Assembly: GCA_001790095.1 (NCBI GenBank)
Contig: MGBH01000001.1
Coordinates: 660,001 to 692,000 of the forward strand
DNA from: Candidatus Saccharimonadota bacterium
Lineage (GTDB): Bacteria; Patescibacteriota; Microgenomatia; UBA1406; GWC2-37-13
Length of the DNA stretch: 32,000 nucleotides
Direction of reading: 5' to 3'
Below the pieces are notes generated by a model. It did no database searches and had not been told where the DNA came from. It saw only the letters and a list, made by a program, of their open reading frames with translations. This document shows, one piece after another, positions 7,831 through 15,723 of this stretch (position 1 is the first letter of the stretch; each line of letters opens with the position of its first letter). The translations under genes were made by a program, and so were the position numbers.

Positions 7831-8937
7831 ATGATAACTAATAAATCCTCCTATAAGCGTTATGCTCCTTATATAATCCTGGGTGTTATATCTATCTCGT
7901 TTTTATTGATACTGAGAGCATACCGTCCGCATGAACTCAAAACAAGCCTTTCACTCCGTTTTAAAGAACTATTTTCAAATACCCCAACTGTTGAGATCGC
8001 AGGATTTGATGAAGGAGAGAACTGGAAGGGTAATTATACACGTGACAGCATGCAGACTTTTGATGGCGAAACAGGTGTCAATCTTTTTTCCACTCAAAAC
8101 AAACCAAACACAGTCTCATTATATAAATCGTTTGATCTTTCACCTTATAAGACCATCTTTGCCTATATCTATCTGAAAAATGAACTGATATTTCAGAGAG
8201 TAGAGTCACTTACCGTCGGCTTCCAATCAAAAGACAAAGATAAAACAAGCTACACCATTCATGATCTTAAGAAGGGATGGAGTCTTATCGCCATGGACAA
8301 GGAAGATTTTAAAAATAAAGATTTTGACTGGAAAAAAATAGATTCCACAACACTAGAGCTTGTTTCAAAAAAAGGGGAGACTGTCCAGCTAACGTTTGAT
8401 CGAATCTGGGCTCAAAATCCAAATTCAGATAGTAAACTTTTTTTGTCATATATGTCTCAATTTGTCAATCATAAAACCATCGGCAAGTCTACCTTCCTCC
8501 ATCTAGCATCACCTAAAAGCACTAATCTTGTGTTACGCAAATTGATTGAAAAGAATGATTTTTCATACACGGTCACTTTTGCCCCCCTCAAACTTGGTTC
8601 GTTTGGTCTATCTTTCCTCACAGATCCACAACTGGAAAACGGATATTTTTTTACACTAAACGGAAAACAGATGAACCAATGGCAACTTACCAAAAAGACA
8701 AAAAAAAATATTGCAATTCTTGCAGAGGGCGAATTAAAAAATAATACACTTGAGAAACAGGCTTATCTTTGGCTCCGCGTTGAGAAGCGGGGAGAAAAAA
8801 TAACTCCATCCATATCGCTTGACGGACAAAACTATTTGTCCATACAAGAATACAAAGATAGTGCTTTTTCTAAAGGATACTTAGGAGTACTTTATGAAGG
8901 GTCGTTTCTTGTTGATAGTATTGAAGTTAAGGAGTAA
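7831..8937 (+). CDS. membrane-anchored protein with two beta-sandwich-like (CBM/LamG-like) domains, function unknown
   Basis: The long ORF is listed from 7810, but that ATG lies inside TATAAT 7806-7811, so ATG 7831 is preferred. It has an N-terminal TM. The C-terminal part (YLWLRVEKRGEKITPSISLDGQNY...GYLGVLYEGSFLVDSIEV) looks LamG/jelly-roll-like. Confidence 0.5.
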   Translation: MITNKSSYKRYAPYIILGVISISFLLILRAYRPHELKTSLSLRFKELFSNTPTVEIAGFDEGENWKGNYTRDSMQTFDGETGVNLFSTQNKPNTVSLYKSFDLSPYKTIFAYIYLKNELIFQRVESLTVGFQSKDKDKTSYTIHDLKKGWSLIAMDKEDFKNKDFDWKKIDSTTLELVSKKGETVQLTFDRIWAQNPNSDSKLFLSYMSQFVNHKTIGKSTFLHLASPKSTNLVLRKLIEKNDFSYTVTFAPLKLGSFGLSFLTDPQLENGYFFTLNGKQMNQWQLTKKTKKNIAILAEGELKNNTLEKQAYLWLRVEKRGEKITPSISLDGQNYLSIQEYKDSAFSKGYLGVLYEGSFLVDSIEVKE

Positions 8938-8957
8938 TATAAGTTACCAATCCTACT

Positions 8958-9467
8958 ATGATAGTCAGAAACAAAGATCAAAGAGTGGCTGTACTTGTCG
9001 ATGTACAGAACCTTTATTATTCAGCAAAAAATTTATACAAATCGCGTGTCAATTTTAAGAACCTTCTCTCCATCGTTACACAGAAAAGACTTTTGGTTAG
9101 AGCAATCGCTTATGTTATCAAGGCTGATACCAATGAAAAGGAAAGTGAGTTCTTTGATGCACTCAACTCTGCAGGCTTTGAAGTAAAAGAAAAACCACTC
9201 CAAACATTTTATGACGGAGCAAAGAAAGGGGATTGGGATTTGGGAATCGCTATGGATGCTATACGTTTGGGGCATAAGGTCGACTCAATCATACTAGTCT
9301 CTGGAGACGGTGACTTTAAACCCGTTGTCAACTACCTGCAGCAGTCACTTGGATGCTTGGTCGAGGTAGTTGCCTTTAGGAAAACTGCCAATCATGAACT
9401 CATTGAGATAGCGGATGATTTTTTGGATATTGAAAAGCGTAAAGAATCACTTCTGTTTAAAATTTAA
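8958..9467 (+). CDS. NYN-domain (LabA-like) predicted RNase
   Basis: Motifs present: VAVLVDVQNLYYSA, VRAIAY and DSIILVSGDGDFKPVVNYLQQSLGCLVEVVAF. Confidence 0.8.
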   Translation: MIVRNKDQRVAVLVDVQNLYYSAKNLYKSRVNFKNLLSIVTQKRLLVRAIAYVIKADTNEKESEFFDALNSAGFEVKEKPLQTFYDGAKKGDWDLGIAMDAIRLGHKVDSIILVSGDGDFKPVVNYLQQSLGCLVEVVAFRKTANHELIEIADDFLDIEKRKESLLFKI

Positions 9468-9581
9468 AATACCCCTTTACAAGTAAATACTTTCCTGTTT
9501 TAATGTAATTAGTACAGTATAAGCTGTAACAATTAGATTGTTGGGAAATACATATTTGTTATGTGTTTCATTCTTTTTTTG

Positions 9582-9610
9582 ATTAGCAGATAGTTAGTTT
9601 ATCTGCTAAT
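9582..9610. other. perfect 11-bp hairpin in the NYN/dsbA-like intergenic region
   Basis: ATTAGCAGATA-gttagtt-TATCTGCTAAT. It is preceded, not followed, by a T7 run, so it is not a canonical terminator in either direction. Confidence 0.6.
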
Positions 9611-9721
9611 GAATACATAGTTCGTGTGTAGATTGCTGTGACAATCTAATCCTTAGCCTCTTGAGTCTCTACTTATCTCATCTTGCTTTTTTTAATAAAC
9701 CCATTTAGAATATCAGAACTT

Positions 9722-10363
9722 ATGAATACAAAAAAAATTGCTTTAACAATAGGTTCTGTCGTAGTAACGTTTCTCTTTTTATTTTTAGTCTACACTTTGA
9801 CTAATAAGATCGCAGATTACAAAAATATTACTGTCATTCAACCAAGTGATCATGTGAAGTGGGCGTCAAAAGGGGAACATGTCCTTGTTGAGTACAGTGA
9901 TCTACAATGTCCTGCATGTAAAACATTTCATGAATTACTTAACTCATTTGAATCAAGCAAAAGTGCATATGCCAAAATACCAAAAAATACAACCCTTATA
10001 TATCGCCACTTTCCTTTATACCAAATCCATGAAAGTGCGTTTGATACGGCGTACGCCGCAGAGGCTGCTGGCAAACAAGGCAAATTCTTTCCCATGCTTG
10101 ACATCATCTTTAAAGACCAGGAAAATCTTTCCACAACCACAAATATAAAAGGTTATCTGCTAAGCAAGGCAAACGAACTAGGGCTTGATAAAGCCAAATT
10201 CGAAAGGGATATCGCCTCAAAAGAGGTCAAGGATAAGGTGCAGAGTGATCTAAGCCAAGGAGAAGGAGCTAATATAGGCGGAACACCTAGTTTTTTCCTT
10301 GACGGAAAGAAGCTTGAATTCAAGACGCTTGAGGAGTTCATACAGATCTTGGAAAAACTTTAG
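9722..10363 (+). CDS. DsbA-like thiol:disulfide oxidoreductase (thioredoxin fold), membrane anchored
   Basis: CPAC active site (YSDLQCPACKTFH), N-terminal TM and C-terminal GGTPSFFLDGKK. ATG 9722 (MNTKKIALTIG) is preferred over the listed TTG-type start at 9683. Confidence 0.8.
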   Translation: MNTKKIALTIGSVVVTFLFLFLVYTLTNKIADYKNITVIQPSDHVKWASKGEHVLVEYSDLQCPACKTFHELLNSFESSKSAYAKIPKNTTLIYRHFPLYQIHESAFDTAYAAEAAGKQGKFFPMLDIIFKDQENLSTTTNIKGYLLSKANELGLDKAKFERDIASKEVKDKVQSDLSQGEGANIGGTPSFFLDGKKLEFKTLEEFIQILEKL

Positions 10364-10409
10364 ACTCCTATATAGAGCATAAAATCAAGTAAATCTAATA
10401 TCTACCATA

Positions 10410-10418
10410 TGCTATAAT
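10410..10418 (+). promoter_or_regulatory. extended -10 promoter TGCTATAAT, leaderless configuration
   Basis: TGnTATAAT ends 6 nt before ATG 10425. Confidence 0.5.
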
Positions 10419-10424
10419 GAGTGC

Positions 10425-11153
10425 ATGTATCAGTCTCTAGGGGGTAGAAAAATTCACTATTCCATAGAAGGAAGCGGACCACCTATCATATTTGTACATG
10501 GCTGGGGAGGTACGATACAAAGCTTAACTCCTCTTGCCAATCTATTTTCTCACCATACCAGAGTACTTCTTGATCTTCCTGGGTTTGGTAAAAGCGACCC
10601 TCCTGAAAAGAACTGGGGAGTAGAGGAGTACGCAAAATGCATAAGCGAGTTGCTTTTGAAGCTTAATATAAAACAAACGACATATGTGGGTCATTCATTT
10701 GGAGGATCACTTGGTATTTATCTTGCATCTACTAGTCCCGCATTCATTAACAAACTAATCCTTTGTAGCAGTTCATACAAACGTACCGGCATCACATCAA
10801 ATGCCCGCACCTCTTGGATAAAAAAACTGCCCCTTCCCCCCCTTCTTCTTTTAGCCCTTCGCAAGGCTGCATACCGCATACTCTATCCCGGTTCTGATGC
10901 TCTTAAATTTCCCCATGTTGAGGAGAACTTAAGAAGGGTGCTGTCTCAGGATCTCTCCCTTCATCTTGCCAACATCCACGCCCCAACACTTATCATCTGG
11001 GGTAAACAAGACATAGACACACCTCTTAACCTTGCGGAAGAACTGCACCAGAAAATCGCCAACTCAAAACTTATTTTGTTTGATGATGCGACTCATGGAT
11101 TACCGCTCAAAAATCCAAGGGGAGTTTATAAAGAGATAGTCAAATTCATATGA
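10425..11153 (+). CDS. alpha/beta hydrolase
   Basis: HGWGG oxyanion motif, GHSFGG nucleophile elbow, later Asp (GKQDIDTP) and His (ATHGLPL). An ATGA overlap links it to the next gene. Confidence 0.8.
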   Translation: MYQSLGGRKIHYSIEGSGPPIIFVHGWGGTIQSLTPLANLFSHHTRVLLDLPGFGKSDPPEKNWGVEEYAKCISELLLKLNIKQTTYVGHSFGGSLGIYLASTSPAFINKLILCSSSYKRTGITSNARTSWIKKLPLPPLLLLALRKAAYRILYPGSDALKFPHVEENLRRVLSQDLSLHLANIHAPTLIIWGKQDIDTPLNLAEELHQKIANSKLILFDDATHGLPLKNPRGVYKEIVKFI

Positions 11154-12463
11154 TACATACAACTTTGATCATCTTGGGGATAATATTTGGCATTGCTAAA
11201 ATAAGTGACTATATTTATATATTTCAGCTCAAAGAATACAGAATGGATCGCCTTATATCTGCAATCCACGACAAAGGTCTTGTATATGTTTTTTTAACAT
11301 GGAGACATTTCCCCGCAAAGAGCATTAGAAATATACTTATTTTTATAATATCTCTTTGTTTCTTTATTTTGTTTATCTTAAGGGCAAAGATTACATCCAT
11401 ACGCCTTGCTTTTGTATTTATTTTGATTTCTCTTCCTTTGAGCTTTATAAGTGTATATGTAGGAGTTCTTTTCACTTCAATTTTATCTTATATCAAAAGA
11501 GCTTACGTAATCAAAAAAGCAAAGAGTCTTTTATCAGAATCAAATATTATCACCATAGGAATAACCGGCTCATATGGCAAAACTACAACTAAAGAGTATC
11601 TCTATACTATGCTTTCATCTACGTTTAAGGTTGCAAAAACAGACGCAAACATGAATACTGATGTGGGGGTAGCTATCTCAATACTTAAAAATGTAAAACG
11701 AGAAACGCAGATTTTTATCGCCGAGATGGGAGCTTACAAAAGAGGGGAGATAAGGGCGATCTGTAATCTCATCCAACCCACCTATGGCATCATCACTGGT
11801 ATTGGTAACCAGCACTTAGATTTATTTGGCTCAAAACAAAATCTGATTGACTCAAAAAAAGAACTCCTTTTATCTCTTCCACAGTCTGGCAAAGCATATA
11901 TAAATAAAGGTACATATCAGGAGAGTATTTTTGAAAAAGACGCAAAATCGAGGCTATTTTTCTATGTAGGCGTTGATACTTCATCAAATCTTATCCCCTG
12001 TATTGAACTAGCAAAAGATTTGGGGATTGCTCAAGAAAAAATAAATACGGCGATTGCAGATATACAAAAAATTACAAACTCCCTTACTCCGTTGCGTTAT
12101 AAAGGAGGGGGACTTATCTTGGATAATTCATACAACACATCGGTTGAGGGATTTATAAATACCATCAATGTTTTGGCACAAAGAAATGAACAGAAAAAAA
12201 TTATCGTCTCAAGAGGTATCCTTGAACTAGGTACGGATAAAAAAACTTCCTATGAAAAAATACTGCAAGCACTTAACGCTTCAAAGATTATTCTGTTTAC
12301 GACAGATCATGATTTTAAGATAAATGATTACTCTTCCGTTGTCTATTTCAAAAGCGAAACCGACCTGTCTTCAACTATAATAAATGAACTGAAAGAACAG
12401 GTAATCGTCGCTTTTGAAGGCAGATATGATAAACGAATTATCAATAAATTAAAAAATACATGA
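11150..12463 (+). CDS. murF: MurF-like Mur ligase with N-terminal transmembrane region
   Basis: GITGSYGKTTTKEY P-loop, EMGA, GIGNQHLDLFGS, DNSYNTSVEGF and ILELG match MurF-type motifs. The first roughly 130 aa are 3-4 hydrophobic helices instead of the usual soluble N-domain. Confidence 0.7.
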   Translation: MIHTTLIILGIIFGIAKISDYIYIFQLKEYRMDRLISAIHDKGLVYVFLTWRHFPAKSIRNILIFIISLCFFILFILRAKITSIRLAFVFILISLPLSFISVYVGVLFTSILSYIKRAYVIKKAKSLLSESNIITIGITGSYGKTTTKEYLYTMLSSTFKVAKTDANMNTDVGVAISILKNVKRETQIFIAEMGAYKRGEIRAICNLIQPTYGIITGIGNQHLDLFGSKQNLIDSKKELLLSLPQSGKAYINKGTYQESIFEKDAKSRLFFYVGVDTSSNLIPCIELAKDLGIAQEKINTAIADIQKITNSLTPLRYKGGGLILDNSYNTSVEGFINTINVLAQRNEQKKIIVSRGILELGTDKKTSYEKILQALNASKIILFTTDHDFKINDYSSVVYFKSETDLSSTIINELKEQVIVAFEGRYDKRIINKLKNT

Positions 12464-13665
12464 TATCAACCGATTTTGCACCAAATGAATTAAGAGATGA
12501 CGCTTCAATAAGCCTTATAACTCTTTTTCAACCATGGCTGTGGAGACAAGGAAAAGAAATGGGTTTATGTATAGATATACTGCAATCCATGTTTCCAAGG
12601 ACAAAGATCTCTCTATTTCTATCAGGAAGAGCCTCACTTTATTTGTTGCTTAAAGCCCTTCACCTTTCACCTCATTCTACAGTTGCACTCGTTGGTTTTA
12701 CCTGCGAAGCGGTTGTTCTACCCATCCAAGCGCTCAATCTTAAACCTCTTTATATCGATATTGAAAAAGACATGTACTCCATGGATCTTAATGATTTAAA
12801 AAAGAAAATTTCAGATACAACCTCTGTCATAGTCCTGCAACATACCTTTGGCATTATACCTAAATATCGAGATGAGGTCTTAAAACTTGCTAAAGAAAGG
12901 AATATATATGTCATTGAAGACCTTGCTCATGGATTTGATCCATCGTTTTGGCAAAAGCAGGTCTTGAGTGATAGTCAAGCACTATTACTATCGTTTGGAC
13001 GATCCAAAGCTTTATCCTCAGTGTTCGGCGGAGCTGTGGTTACAAGTAACCATAGTGTTGCGTTGACCCTAGCCTCAATCTCTCAGTCTCTTGATTATCC
13101 GCATTTTTACATCATGATTAAGTTATTACTCTATAAACCTATTTCTTATATGATAAAGATTGCCTATAATATCCCTCTTTTGGGGAAGCTTATCCATAAA
13201 ATCTGTATCTCTACAGGGCTCATCATAGCCGAAATATCAAAGGAAGAAAAGGGGGGAACGTATAGTCCTTATCTTGAGAAAAAGTATCCTAATGCCTTGG
13301 CAAAACTACTCCTTCACCAATTAAATAAGTTTGATGAAGTGAGACAACAGCGTAAAATGATATCTGATTTGTATATCCAGTCATTTGGTGTTACTAACTT
13401 AACGCCGGAAGCGTTTCCTCGTTTTCCAATACTTATAAAAAATAGGCCTCACGTTCTTAAAGAATTTGCCAAACGGAATATATTTTTTGGAAGTTGGTAT
13501 TCGCAACCCGTTGCGCCGAAGGAATTGCTGCTTGAGAAGGTAGGATATATAATGGGATCCTGTCCTGTCGCAGAGCAAATTAATAAAGAAATAATAAATC
13601 TACCGACACTGATTACAGAAAAAGAGGCGGAGGGAATTGTTAGACAACTTAAAAAGTTTCAATGA
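12460..13665 (+). CDS. DegT/DnrJ/EryC1/StrS-like PLP-dependent aminotransferase (tentative)
   Basis: LSGRASLYLLLKAL, VIEDLAHGF and SFGRSKALSSVFGG (candidate PLP lysine) are present. An ATGA overlap links it to the upstream gene. It carries an unusual hydrophobic insertion around residues 210-250. Confidence 0.6.
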   Translation: MISTDFAPNELRDDASISLITLFQPWLWRQGKEMGLCIDILQSMFPRTKISLFLSGRASLYLLLKALHLSPHSTVALVGFTCEAVVLPIQALNLKPLYIDIEKDMYSMDLNDLKKKISDTTSVIVLQHTFGIIPKYRDEVLKLAKERNIYVIEDLAHGFDPSFWQKQVLSDSQALLLSFGRSKALSSVFGGAVVTSNHSVALTLASISQSLDYPHFYIMIKLLLYKPISYMIKIAYNIPLLGKLIHKICISTGLIIAEISKEEKGGTYSPYLEKKYPNALAKLLLHQLNKFDEVRQQRKMISDLYIQSFGVTNLTPEAFPRFPILIKNRPHVLKEFAKRNIFFGSWYSQPVAPKELLLEKVGYIMGSCPVAEQINKEIINLPTLITEKEAEGIVRQLKKFQ

Positions 13666-13748
13666 TCAATTGTCAATTCTCAATGATTTTTCAATATATT
13701 AATTATCAAACAATTAAAAATTGGAATTTGAAAATTGAAAATTTGTTA
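13666..13748. repeat. heptad-phased imperfect palindrome (unit TCAATNN / ATTGNNN)
   Basis: TCAAT occurs at 13666, 13673 and 13680. ATTG-type units occur at 13720, 13726, 13734 and 13741. The element fills the gap between the DegT-like and FemAB-like genes. Confidence 0.7.
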
Positions 13749-13753
13749 GAAAT

Positions 13754-14815
13754 ATGCACATAAAAGAAATCACAGATTATACCGTTTGGACCAATCATTT
13801 CAATCAATTCGATTCTCCTTCGTTCCTTCAATCTTGGGAATGGGGAGAACTACAGAAAAAATTAGGATATATAACACTGCGTTTTGGGATATACGACGAT
13901 GTCATTCCCGCGAAGGCGGGAATCCAGGCTACAAATAGTCTTATTGGAATAGCCCAAATAATCAAGATAAAAGCTAGGCGGGGAAACATGCTCTTTATAC
14001 CTCATGGTCCTATCTTTAAATCAACGCTTCACAGTACACAACTATTTAAGATATTAACTGTACTCAAAGATTACCTTGCAGACTGTGCCAAAAAGGAAGG
14101 ATACGCTTTTGTCCGGTTTGCACCCATTTGGGAAAATAAACCAGAGTATAGACAGATGTTTAAAGATCTTGGATGTAAAACCGCTCCAATCTATATGCAC
14201 TCTGAACGGGTATGGATACTTGATGTCACCAAGCCCGAAGAACAATTGCTTTCTGAAATGAGGAAGACTACACGGTACTCTATCAGAAAGGCTGAGAAGG
14301 AAGGTGTGGTCGTCAAAAAACGAGATGATGAGGAAGCTATCGATGAGTTTGTCCGATTATACAAAGAGACTGCAGATCGAGAAAACTTTACTCCGTTTTC
14401 CCCAAAGTATCTTTTGAATGAATTTAAAGCGTTTCATAAAACAGGTAGCTCGAGCTGGTTCTTTAGTTATGAAAAGGATGGCAGGCTCACAGCTGCCGCT
14501 CTTATCAACTATACACAATCAACTGCCTTTTATCATCAAGGAGCAACGCTCCATAGTAAGATCCCTACATCGTATATCTTGCAATGGGAATCTATAAAAG
14601 AAGCAAAGAGAAGGGGATGTAAATACTATAACTTCTGGGGGACCCTACAGATAGGAAGAACTCCCAAAAGTTGGGGTGGTTTGACTCTTTTTAAACAAGG
14701 ATTTGGTGGTTTCCAAAGGGATTATGTACCAACTCAAGACTATATAGTCAATTGGCCACGTTACCATGTCAATTTCCTGTATGAACAATATCTGAAATAC
14801 AAACGAGGAATCTGA
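13754..14815 (+). CDS. FemAB-family peptidoglycan interpeptide-bridge peptidyltransferase
   Basis: FLQSWEWGELQKKLGY, MRKTTRYSIRKAEKEGV and FYHQGAT..YILQWESIKEAKRRGCKYYNFWG are typical of the FemAB/FemX family. Confidence 0.8.
   Translation: MHIKEITDYTVWTNHFNQFDSPSFLQSWEWGELQKKLGYITLRFGIYDDVIPAKAGIQATNSLIGIAQIIKIKARRGNMLFIPHGPIFKSTLHSTQLFKILTVLKDYLADCAKKEGYAFVRFAPIWENKPEYRQMFKDLGCKTAPIYMHSERVWILDVTKPEEQLLSEMRKTTRYSIRKAEKEGVVVKKRDDEEAIDEFVRLYKETADRENFTPFSPKYLLNEFKAFHKTGSSSWFFSYEKDGRLTAAALINYTQSTAFYHQGATLHSKIPTSYILQWESIKEAKRRGCKYYNFWGTLQIGRTPKSWGGLTLFKQGFGGFQRDYVPTQDYIVNWPRYHVNFLYEQYLKYKRGI
13901..13927. repeat. GC-rich palindromic element inserted in frame in the FemAB-family gene
   Basis: GTCATTCCCGCGAAGGCGGGAATCCAG contains ATTCCCGC-GAAG-GCGGGAAT (13904-13923). 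It translates as VIPAKAGIQ on the + strand and LDSRLRGND on the - strand, and its composition is very different from the surrounding gene. Confidence 0.7.
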
Positions 14816-14825
14816 TTTACTATTC

Positions 14826-14834
14826 TGCTATAAT
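14826..14834 (+). promoter_or_regulatory. extended -10 promoter TGCTATAAT, leaderless configuration
   Basis: TGnTATAAT ends 7 nt before ATG 14842. Confidence 0.5.
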
Positions 14835-14841
14835 TTTTCAC

Positions 14842-15660
14842 ATGGATGTACAACAGATTCTGCAGAGTGCTGCCGCAAAAGGAGGGGAGTCGCTCCTCAC
14901 CTTTTTCCATAAAGAACTTACCCTTTCCAAAAAGACCTCTCATCAAAACCTGGTTTCCCAAGCTGATCTGGCAAGCCAGCAAGTGATTAAATCCGAGATA
15001 CTGTCATTTATGATAGATCGGGGAATAGATGAAAAAGAAATCGGATTTATTGGTGAGGAGAATCTGAATTCCCAAGGAAAACATCTTTTTATCATCGATC
15101 CCCTAGACGGCACTAATAATTTTGCCTCAGGTCATGATCATTTTGGCATATCAATCGCTTATGTCTTTGAAGGTGTACTTTCAGCTGGACTTATCTATCA
15201 ACCATTTACAAACACTTTCTATATTGGCGAACTTAGGAAAGGTGCTTTTAAAATAGGTCCTGATGGAGAAAAAAAAGAGATGAGGATCAAATATACGAAT
15301 TTGGAAAATACGTTGGTTGCCACATATCTTACTTCAAGTCAAGACGCACTTAACAAACTCATTCCTGTGATGTTGCGTCTCAATAAAGTGACAAGGGGCA
15401 TACGCATCCTTGGCTCTTTTGTACTGGATGCCGCATTGTTTTCCAATATGGTAAATAGCATCAATGTCCTCCTTCATGCTCATCCCTATTTGTGGGATAT
15501 TGCAGCCGCCAAACTCATCATAGAAGAATCAGGTGGAGTAATGACGGATTGGCAAGGAAACCCTATACAACTTCGTCTTGATGCCCCTCACATGAACTAT
15601 TCAATCCTTGCCTGCCATCCTGATAATCTTCAGGAGATCCTAAAAATAATCGCCGCATAA
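14842..15660 (+). CDS. inositol monophosphatase family protein (SuhB/IMPase-like)
   Basis: Motifs present: FIGEE, IDPLDGTNNF and WDIAAAKLIIEESGG. Confidence 0.85.
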   Translation: MDVQQILQSAAAKGGESLLTFFHKELTLSKKTSHQNLVSQADLASQQVIKSEILSFMIDRGIDEKEIGFIGEENLNSQGKHLFIIDPLDGTNNFASGHDHFGISIAYVFEGVLSAGLIYQPFTNTFYIGELRKGAFKIGPDGEKKEMRIKYTNLENTLVATYLTSSQDALNKLIPVMLRLNKVTRGIRILGSFVLDAALFSNMVNSINVLLHAHPYLWDIAAAKLIIEESGGVMTDWQGNPIQLRLDAPHMNYSILACHPDNLQEILKIIAA

Positions 15661-15693
15661 AAAAAGACCCGAGTCGTCACCCGGATCTTTTTT
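15659..15693. terminator. weak bidirectional terminator between convergent genes
   Basis: AAAAAAGA..CCG-loop-CGG..TCTTTTTT. An A-run and a T-run flank a short stem. A second small hairpin, ATTCGA-tttac-TCGAAT, follows. Confidence 0.4.
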
Positions 15694-15723
15694 ATTCGAT
15701 TTACTCGAATCAATTAACTTCAG

